DNA of 64,000 nt, from the NCBI GenBank assembly GCA_049287485.1, contig JBAQFX010000005.1, positions 1,052 through 65,051 of the forward strand. The letters are read 5' to 3'. This DNA comes from Anaerolineales bacterium (lineage in GTDB: Bacteria > Chloroflexota > Anaerolineae > Anaerolineales > UBA4823). A program made the translations under genes and the position numbers. Positions 57,143 through 64,000 of the stretch are shown here, piece by piece (the stretch's first letter is position 1; each line of letters begins with the position of its first letter). The notes under the pieces are model-generated. The model saw nothing but the letters and a program-made list of their open reading frames with translations. It ran no database searches and was not told the origin of the DNA.

Positions 57143-58630
57143 CTAAGTCATCGGCAATTTCACCACGACCTGGGTGCCCTGTTCTGGCTCACTTTCAATT
57201 ACAAAGCTACCTCCCAACGCTTCTGTGCGCTCCCGCATCGAGGTTAGACCTAAGCCGGGAGATTGTGTGTTAATGTCAAATCCATGGCCATTATCCTTGA
57301 TCATCATTGTAACAGTGTGGTCCTCAAATTCAAGAGATATATCGACAGAACTGGCAGAACTGTGGCGATCCACATTTGCCAGGGCTTCCTGGGCGATGCG
57401 GAACAATGCTTCCCGGGTCTCTAGCGACGATTCATCGTTTGCTTCAATATTAATATTTAACTCAATCCCGCTTCTCTGAGACCATTCTAGTATGTACTCT
57501 CTCAGGATTTCAGAAAAATCCTGCCCATCTAATGATTGAGGGCGCAACTCGTGGACCAGGTCGGTAAGCTCATTGCGTACAGAATCAACCAGGGCATCGG
57601 CTTCTACCAGGTGTTTTTTTGCCATTTGTGGATCGCGTTCATATAAAGTGAGAGCAGTCCCCAATTGAAAGGAAGCTGCCAGCGCTTGCTGCTTGGCGCT
57701 GTCGTGAAGGTCACGCGCCAGGCGGTTACGCTCTTCAGAAACAGCCATATCTTGTCGCCTGTGCAGCAGGTCTTGTAATTGTTTAGCCATATTGTTCAGG
57801 CGCTGGGCCAGTTGTGAAATCTCATCCCCGGTGGTGTCATCAATAAACTTTGTGAAATCACCCTGGCTCCATGCATCAATGGTGGTGGATAAACGCTTGA
57901 AGCGATTAGCTATCCCATTAGCAAAAAAGATCCCAAATAACGCTCCCATGATCCCTGCGACAAGCAGGAGGATTAACAGGCTCCTCCCGGCAATATTCAG
58001 GATGTGCATGGGAACATCCCCTTGGGTGGGAAGTGAATCGATCATTAGCACAACCACCCCGACAAGATGGTGATCATTTCTGCTGGTGGGACTAGAGATC
58101 GGAATTGCTGCCACCCAGCGATTATTCAGCTCATAGATGGTGTATAGATTTCCTGGATCTGTCTCCCCCGTCATGGCGGCGTTGTAGGGTGCCTCTAAAC
58201 CTTGAATCAGGGTAGGATCGAATGGATCACCAATGTTTAAATCCGTAACCAAACCAGGCACAGTCCTTCCTAATAAAGTTCCGTCAGCGCCAATCACCAA
58301 GGCGCGCATCGAAGCTATGGTCCTCACCGAGAATTGTATAGAACCAATGCGAAGGAAATCAGCCCCGGTGATGGTTCCGTTTGACTCCCTGAGGAGCAAA
58401 CGCACCAGTTCAGTGTCAACGGGAGATTGGGAGAGAACGTGACTCCATAAGGGACTTGAATTACTTTGTACTATCTCAATTAATCCCTCAGGACTCAAAA
58501 TATTATTAGGCACAAATATACGGGGCAACATGATTGCGCCCAGGGCCAGTATCACCACCAAGAAAGCACCTACCGTTACAACGGTGTAGCTCAGGGTCAT
58601 TTTCCAACGAAGTTTACGAAAGATGTTCAT
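57143..58630 (-). CDS. Sensor histidine kinase (extracytoplasmic sensor - HAMP - HisKA_3 - HATPase_c)
   Basis: It has two TM segments flanking a loop of about 180 aa, the H-box ERNRLARDLHDSAKQ, and the G-box DNGHGF...GLGLTSMRER. Confidence 0.85.
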   Translation of the reverse strand: MNIFRKLRWKMTLSYTVVTVGAFLVVILALGAIMLPRIFVPNNILSPEGLIEIVQSNSSPLWSHVLSQSPVDTELVRLLLRESNGTITGADFLRIGSIQFSVRTIASMRALVIGADGTLLGRTVPGLVTDLNIGDPFDPTLIQGLEAPYNAAMTGETDPGNLYTIYELNNRWVAAIPISSPTSRNDHHLVGVVVLMIDSLPTQGDVPMHILNIAGRSLLILLLVAGIMGALFGIFFANGIANRFKRLSTTIDAWSQGDFTKFIDDTTGDEISQLAQRLNNMAKQLQDLLHRRQDMAVSEERNRLARDLHDSAKQQALAASFQLGTALTLYERDPQMAKKHLVEADALVDSVRNELTDLVHELRPQSLDGQDFSEILREYILEWSQRSGIELNINIEANDESSLETREALFRIAQEALANVDRHSSASSVDISLEFEDHTVTMMIKDNGHGFDINTQSPGLGLTSMRERTEALGGSFVIESEPEQGTQVVVKLPMT

Positions 58631-58944
58631 AGTACTGCCTGCTTGTGTTATCTCTTCATAAGTTTTAAGCTTTTTTTATAGTTGTTTTTGCGATATCGAT
58701 CTTTTCTTAATTCGGATCTAAAATTCCATCAGTATTTCTAGACTGTGTTATTAGAATAACATAGATTCAAGCCTAAGAAACCTATCCCGAGTATGGTTTT
58801 TTTACTACCTTTGGGCAGGTATTCAGTTGGTGTGGTTATATTATAAAATTCCTGGATAAAGATGCAAATATGGATCGCACATCTGCAAGAAGTGAAAAAA
58901 GAGCACTTTCACTACAGCAAAAATCTCGAGCCCCAGCTTAAAAC

Positions 58945-58972
58945 AAAAAGGCGGCGAAAAAGCCGCCTTTTT
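58945..58972. terminator. Bidirectional terminator downstream of lysS
   Basis: The sequence is aaaaa-ggcggc-gaaaaa-gccgcc-tttttt. Confidence 0.6.
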
Positions 58973-58986
58973 TCTGTTTTACGGGT

Positions 58987-60519
58987 TTATTCTTCACGAG
59001 TGCGCAAAGGGGGAAATAGGATGACTTCGCGTATGTTGGGGTGATCGGTGAGCAGCATGACCAGCCGGTCAACACCCATGCCAAAACCTCCACTGGGTGG
59101 CATGCCATAGCGCATGGCTCTCAAGTAATCTTCGTCCATGGGGTGGCGCTCCTCGTCCTCAGCGGCGTAATCGCGTCCCATTTCCAGGAAGCGTTGCTCC
59201 TGGTCGAGCGGATCGTTCAGCTCAGTAAAGGCGTTGCAAAGCTCCAAGCCAGCCACATAGCCTTCAAAGCGCTCCACGGTCAATGGATCACCAGGTTTAC
59301 TCTTGGCCAGGGGGGATACATCGCGTGGATAATCATATAAAAATGTGGGCTGGATCAGGGTGGGTTCGAGGAAGTCGGATAACAGCTGGTCGATCAGCTT
59401 GCCGCGCGTTTCACCGGGTTTGGTCTCAATACCGCGCTGTCTCATCTCCGCTTCCAGGCTTTTAGTTGTGGGATAGGCAGCGATATCAATTCCGCAGGTA
59501 TTCAAGATTCCCTGGCGTAATTCCAGACGCGGCCACGGGATCTCAAAATTCAATACAACACCGTTATAAGTAACCTTACGCTGACCCAGCACCCGGTCAC
59601 ACACGAAAGCCAGCATCTGTTCGGTCAGCTGCATGACCTGCAGATAATCGGCATAGGCCCAATAGAATTCTAGCTGGGTGAACTCGGGACTATGCTTGAA
59701 GGATACGCCTTCATTGCGAAAATCACGGCCAATTTCATAAACGCGTTCGAGCCCACCAACCAGCAAACGCTTGAGGTACAGCTCAAAGGAGATGCGCAGG
59801 TATAAATCCTGATGAAGCTGGTTATGGTGTGTTATGAAAGGCTTAGCAGCAGCCCCACCATAGATGGGTTGGAGAATGGGAGTTTCCACTTCAAGGAAAC
59901 CCTGCCCATCCAGGAAGCCACGTAAGGCAGTAATGATGGCTGTGCGAGTCTTAAAGAGCTGGCGTACTTCCGGGTTCACCGCCAGGTCGGCATAGCGCTG
60001 GCGGTAGCGCACCTCGGGGTCGGCCAAGAGGGCATGGCGGACAACCTCGCCATCCACCACTTCATCCTTGGAGGCAGGTAAGGGGCTGAGAGCTTTGGCC
60101 AGCATTTGAAAAGATTCGACCCGCAGGGTAATCTCTCCCGAGCGTGTGCGGAACATCTCACCGCTGGCCTGGATGAAGTCACCCAGGTCAAATTCACGGT
60201 TAAACAGGTCAAGTTGCTCCTGGCCAATGTCATTTTCCCGGAAGAACAGCTGAATCTGGCCTTCGCCATCCTCAATATGGGCGAAGGTAATCTTTCCCAT
60301 GGGACGCATCGAGCGTAGCCGACCCGCCAGTGAGGCTTTGATCGGAGGGATTTGCTCACCCTGAGTGGCAGCGCTTTCAGCAGCTTCAAAAATGCGGCTG
60401 ATTGATTGGCTGGTATGGGTACGCACGGACCGCGTGGGATAGGGTTCAATCCCTCTTGCCCGTAAACGTTCCAATTTTTCCAAACGGTTCCTTTCCAAGC
60501 TGGTTAGTTCATTCATCAT
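58987..60519 (-). CDS. lysS: Lysine--tRNA ligase (class II)
   Basis: It has the OB anticodon-binding N-domain and class II motifs (..FRNEG.., ..GGFGMGVDRLVM..). The ORF extends to 60534, but I prefer the ATG pair at 60519/60516. Confidence 0.9.
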   Translation of the reverse strand: MMNELTSLERNRLEKLERLRARGIEPYPTRSVRTHTSQSISRIFEAAESAATQGEQIPPIKASLAGRLRSMRPMGKITFAHIEDGEGQIQLFFRENDIGQEQLDLFNREFDLGDFIQASGEMFRTRSGEITLRVESFQMLAKALSPLPASKDEVVDGEVVRHALLADPEVRYRQRYADLAVNPEVRQLFKTRTAIITALRGFLDGQGFLEVETPILQPIYGGAAAKPFITHHNQLHQDLYLRISFELYLKRLLVGGLERVYEIGRDFRNEGVSFKHSPEFTQLEFYWAYADYLQVMQLTEQMLAFVCDRVLGQRKVTYNGVVLNFEIPWPRLELRQGILNTCGIDIAAYPTTKSLEAEMRQRGIETKPGETRGKLIDQLLSDFLEPTLIQPTFLYDYPRDVSPLAKSKPGDPLTVERFEGYVAGLELCNAFTELNDPLDQEQRFLEMGRDYAAEDEERHPMDEDYLRAMRYGMPPSGGFGMGVDRLVMLLTDHPNIREVILFPPLRTREE

Positions 60520-60570
60520 GGCATCACTCCACATTATTTTACTGTCAATCTTATCGTCGCATATTTAAGA

Positions 60571-60603
60571 AAAAGCCCCGCGCAAGGAGTCCATGCGCGG
60601 GGC
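60571..60603 (-). terminator. Rho-independent terminator of greA
   Basis: A 10-bp stem (gccccgcgca / tgcgcggggc) is followed on the minus strand by T5. Confidence 0.6.
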
Positions 60604-60621
60604 TGAATATGAGCCCCTTTC

Positions 60622-61083
60622 TTACTCCACCTTTAAAAGGCTGACGGTGAAGGACCCACCGGGTGCATCAACTCGGACCACATCACCAGGATGATGGTCC
60701 ATCAATGCCCGGCCTAAAGGTGATTCGTTTGATATGCGACCATCGCGAGGTGAAGCCTCTGCGGGGCCCACGATGGTGTAAACTTCTTCTGGGTTGTCAC
60801 CTTCCTTGATGGTAACAGTGGAACCAACCTGAACATGATCTTCTTTGGCTGTGTCTTCGATCACGCGAGCATTTGCCAGGAGCACTTCCAGCTCCATGAT
60901 GCGACCTTCAACGAAAGCCTGCTCGTTCTTGGCTGCTTCGTATTCGGCATCTTCAATTAACTCACCACCTTCCATTGCCTCGTGCAAGCGTTCGGCAACT
61001 TCGTGGCGTTTTACGGTTCGCAAGTATTCCAGCTCATCCTGCAATTTCTGGTAACCTTGCTTGGTCAAGAATGAGGGAGGCAT
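60622..61083 (-). CDS. greA: Transcription elongation factor GreA
   Basis: A 153-aa ORF with a coiled-coil N-terminus carrying acidic tip residues and a GreA C-terminal domain (SPLGRAL.....GD.V.V..P.G). Confidence 0.9.
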   Translation of the reverse strand: MPPSFLTKQGYQKLQDELEYLRTVKRHEVAERLHEAMEGGELIEDAEYEAAKNEQAFVEGRIMELEVLLANARVIEDTAKEDHVQVGSTVTIKEGDNPEEVYTIVGPAEASPRDGRISNESPLGRALMDHHPGDVVRVDAPGGSFTVSLLKVE

Positions 61084-61269
61084 CTTCCTGTCCTATCAAT
61101 AAAGATGAAAGAACCACTCTTGAGGAGCGATTCTTCATATTTTAAATTGGGAAGCTGGTGGTTAACCTGGGCTGCCCCTTATGAAAAGTATGCGGTATGA
61201 GGGGAAACATACTTTCCCGACTACCGCGGCGTGATTTTAGCACACATCCCATGGAAACGCAAGGATTAT

Positions 61270-62013
61270 TCAGGCTGCAGGCTTTCTCCATAAGCGAATC
61301 CCGTTATACCAACTCAGATATTCTGTGATTGCCCGCCGCATGGCAAGCTCATCCAGCCAATATGTGCTTATTTGAGAGCGATGAGCGTTAATCGAATCCT
61401 GCCAGGCAGCCAGTCCGTCCTGTGAGATCGGAAAGACCTGGCTGGCCCAGCCTTCCTGCTCTAATTGTTCGAGCTGAGCTTTATCGCGAATCACATAGGG
61501 AAAATCAGCATAGTACCAGCGAATAAGCCCTGCTTCCTCCGCTGCCTGGCGAGTAAGCTGATGATCCACATGAGTTCCTAACGCAAGTGGGCAAACCACA
61601 ACCGTGTCTGATTTCAGAGACATGCGTAATTGCTCAGACAAATCTTGCATGAGCTGATCATCTCCTGGATGAAGAGGACCGTTTAAAGCCGACTCTGAAG
61701 CATACATAAACTCAGCTGTTTGCGGGTGACAGCGATAAATACAATCGAGGATAGGGATATGACGGTAGCTCGCTCCGAGGTATTGGCAGGAAAGGATGTC
61801 CTCCTTACTACGCTGCTGCGCAGGTGCATTTTGACCTATCTGCCAGCGCGCATGCAATTCTTGAGCGAAGGGAGATAAATCTCCTGAAGGAGGTTCCGCG
61901 GCACATATCGTCCAAATGTCGACCTGTTCATTGTGGCGTGACTGTTCCCATACCAGTCCTCCACATGAAAGAGCAGCATCATCAAAATGGGGTGACAGAT
62001 ATACCCAGGACAT
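61270..62013 (-). CDS. PIG-L / LmbE-family deacetylase
   Basis: It has the N-terminal SPHFDDAALSCGG motif and a downstream HVDH motif. Confidence 0.8.
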   Translation of the reverse strand: MSWVYLSPHFDDAALSCGGLVWEQSRHNEQVDIWTICAAEPPSGDLSPFAQELHARWQIGQNAPAQQRSKEDILSCQYLGASYRHIPILDCIYRCHPQTAEFMYASESALNGPLHPGDDQLMQDLSEQLRMSLKSDTVVVCPLALGTHVDHQLTRQAAEEAGLIRWYYADFPYVIRDKAQLEQLEQEGWASQVFPISQDGLAAWQDSINAHRSQISTYWLDELAMRRAITEYLSWYNGIRLWRKPAA

Positions 62014-62118
62014 GCCACTATTTTACCCTAAGACAATCAGTCGAGAATTGGGATGACAAGGCCTTGATTGCCATTTTATAGACTTGGTGTTATCATCTAC
62101 CCGCATTAGGTCACATTC

Positions 62119-62634
62119 ATGACATCTGATCCATTTGCACGTTCCCGTTTGCGCAAGGTATTAGTTGCCGTGATTCTCGCAACCATCCCTTGTTATTGTG
62201 CCGGGTTGGTGGCAGTGCTGCTGGCACCGGGGGGTCCAGCACAAAAATCCAGTACAGCAACAGCTGTTGCTTCCTGGACCCCTGTGGTTTTTTTTACGCG
62301 TACACCCACAACCAGCTTCACACCACCATTGTCCACCAGCTCAACCACTCCCAGCCAGACACCAACGATTACTATGACTGCTACGACGACCCATACACCA
62401 ACGATTACCCCAACCCCGACCATTAGCACCACGCCGACCCCCAGCAATACACCCTTCATACCACCACCCAGCCCAACCCAAACTATCATTCCTTCTTCAA
62501 CCTCTACGCCTCTGCCGACATACACCAGCAACCCCACACTTACCAGTAGTCCAACCCTCACCAGTAGCCCCGCATTGACCGAGGCTCCGCCAACCTCTCC
62601 AACAACATCTGCCACGGTACCTTCCCAGCCATAA
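62119..62634 (+). CDS. Membrane-anchored protein made almost entirely of a Pro/Thr/Ser-rich low-complexity region
   Basis: A 171-aa ORF with one TM segment (VLVAVILATIPCYCAGLVAVLLA), followed by about 120 aa of TPT/TSS repeats. Confidence 0.5.
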   Translation: MTSDPFARSRLRKVLVAVILATIPCYCAGLVAVLLAPGGPAQKSSTATAVASWTPVVFFTRTPTTSFTPPLSTSSTTPSQTPTITMTATTTHTPTITPTPTISTTPTPSNTPFIPPPSPTQTIIPSSTSTPLPTYTSNPTLTSSPTLTSSPALTEAPPTSPTTSATVPSQP

Positions 62635-62676
62635 CAACCACATCCTAAACCTAATGAGTGCAATATTAAAAAAAAT

Positions 62677-63735
62677 ATGTCTGAAATCATCCCATTATTA
62701 AAAGATTTACTCTCCGCTCCAGGAATTAGCGGTTGCGAAGCAAGCGTCCGGCCTATCATTGAGAAAGCCTGGAAACCTTTCACTGATAGCCTGAGTGTCA
62801 GTCGATTGGGTAGCCTGCACGGATTACAAAAAGGGATGGGAGCAGAGCCAAGACCCAGCCTCATCCTGGCGGCTCATATGGATGCAATTGGTTTGATGGT
62901 GAACGCATCCATCGATGGATTCTTACGAGTCACCTCGATTGGTGGCATTGACCCTCGAATTCTGCCTGGTCAGATGGTAACAGTGCATGGTCGGCAAGAC
63001 TTACCCGGCATGATCGTTCAACCACCTGCGCGACTGCTACCTGCGAATGTACAGGGTGGGGCTGTACCCATGGAATATCTCCTGGTGGATGTAGGCTTGC
63101 TGCCAGACGAAGTTGCAACCCTGGTGCGGGTTGGAGACCCGGTTTCATTCGCACAAGCGCCATTTGAAGCAGGAGGTGAGACCATCGTTGGTCACAGCCT
63201 GGACGACCGGGCAGCAGTGGTAGCCCTGACCAGTTGCCTGGAAATGCTGCACACGCGGCCGCATGTGTGGGATGTATGGGCAGTGGCTACCGTCCAGGAA
63301 GAAATTACCTATGCAGGGGCGATGACCTCAGCGTTTCAGCTCCATCCTAGCTTGTGTATAACCATTGATGTGACCTTCGGCAGCGAACCGAAGAGTCCGA
63401 GTCATCTGACTTTCCCCATGGGCGAAGGGCCTACGCTGATGTGGGGCTCGATCGTTCACCCATTCTTGTATATGAAAATGAAAGAACTGGCTGAACAACT
63501 AGAAATCCCATTTTCGGTTGAGCCAGCGCCACGTTATTCAGCAACCGATTCTGACGTAATGCAGGTGGTGGCTGAAGGCATTCCCAACCTGGTGTTAGGT
63601 ATTCCCTTAAGGTACATGCACACCCCTGTTGAGATGATCGTGCTAAAAGACATTACCAGAGTGGGAAGGTTGGCGGCTGAATTTATTGCTCAACTGGATG
63701 AAAACTTCATCAAAAGAATGACCTGGGATGATTGA
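62677..63735 (+). CDS. M42-family metallopeptidase (glutamyl aminopeptidase / FrvX-like)
   Basis: A 352-aa ORF with the blocks SG.E..V, AAHMDAIGLMV and GHSLDDRAAV. Confidence 0.85.
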   Translation: MSEIIPLLKDLLSAPGISGCEASVRPIIEKAWKPFTDSLSVSRLGSLHGLQKGMGAEPRPSLILAAHMDAIGLMVNASIDGFLRVTSIGGIDPRILPGQMVTVHGRQDLPGMIVQPPARLLPANVQGGAVPMEYLLVDVGLLPDEVATLVRVGDPVSFAQAPFEAGGETIVGHSLDDRAAVVALTSCLEMLHTRPHVWDVWAVATVQEEITYAGAMTSAFQLHPSLCITIDVTFGSEPKSPSHLTFPMGEGPTLMWGSIVHPFLYMKMKELAEQLEIPFSVEPAPRYSATDSDVMQVVAEGIPNLVLGIPLRYMHTPVEMIVLKDITRVGRLAAEFIAQLDENFIKRMTWDD

Positions 63736-63737
63736 TT

Positions 63738-64000
63738 ATGACCATTAAAGTAGAAGAGTATCATCCGCCCCTGATCGGGGAAGCCCAAATTAAGCTTCTG
63801 GAACGCCTTTCGAATGCCTGTGCAGTTTCTGGTGAGGAAGGTGAGGTGCGCAAAATTGTATTGGATGAGATTAAACCTCACGTGGACGAAGTGAAGATAG
63901 ATGCCCTGGGGAATGTGCTGGCAACCAAACGAGGCACGCAAGAACAGCCTATGCAAGTGATGTTGGCAGCGCACATGGACGAGGTGGGATTGATGCTCAC
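63738..64000 (+). CDS. Second M42-family metallopeptidase (5' part, runs off the window end)
   Basis: The ATG lies 2 nt after the previous stop. The translation ...LSNACAVSGEEGEVRKIV...AAHMDEVGLML is paralogous to the preceding gene. Confidence 0.7.
   Translation, partial: MTIKVEEYHPPLIGEAQIKLLERLSNACAVSGEEGEVRKIVLDEIKPHVDEVKIDALGNVLATKRGTQEQPMQVMLAAHMDEVGLML

Noticed and set aside
60520-60621. Possible T-box or other leader upstream of lysS.
   Set aside because: The spacer is only about 100 nt and is occupied by the greA terminator hairpin. There is no specifier-loop or T-box sequence. lysS is probably co-transcribed with greA or driven by a short promoter.

Overview
This 64-kb chromosomal window is gene-dense. 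I annotated about 60 CDSs, 2 tRNAs, several hairpin terminators and one clearly accessory segment. All coordinates of small elements were counted by hand and may be off by about 2 nt. No statistics were computed.

The content is mostly housekeeping and transport:
- Core genes: ychF, pepF, ssb, xpt-guaA, maf, a PBP2-type transpeptidase, rsgA, glmU, a CNNM/CorC-type protein, cdd, lysS, greA, and tRNA-Leu(CAA) and tRNA-Gln(UUG).
- A large family-5 (Dpp/Opp-like) ABC importer with two tandem substrate-binding paralogues, preceded by an ECF sigma factor.
- A BMP-family (nucleoside-type) ABC importer with three BMP-like lipoproteins.
- Three MFS transporters.
- A long minus-strand run (46.6-58.6 kb): LuxR-type two-component system, S41 peptidase, polytopic membrane protein, Ntn-hydrolase-like/membrane fusion, CPBP protease, two methyltransferases, small unknown proteins, and an APH-like kinase.

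Recurrent Pro/Thr-rich linkers in secreted proteins, together with the gene content, suggest a Chloroflexota (Anaerolineae-like) host. That is inference only.

The accessory segment lies at 29.3-32.7 kb. About 3.4 kb is inserted exactly at the 3' end of cdd and is bracketed by 233-bp direct repeats made of the cdd 3' end. The two copies differ at 8 positions, almost all synonymous. The insert carries:
- an AbiEi/AbiEii (type IV TA / abortive-infection) pair whose start codon sits inside a perfect 12-bp inverted repeat;
- an orphan RHS-core fragment;
- a roughly 1.4-kb coding desert packed with hairpins and a degenerate tandem repeat.

I saw no integrase, transposase, CRISPR array or rRNA. I cannot point to an unambiguous undescribed system. 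The best candidates are the cdd islet (especially its non-coding half), the envelope-proteolysis cluster at 50.4-58.6 kb, and the ECF-sigma/ABC locus with its embedded unknown membrane-anchored protein.
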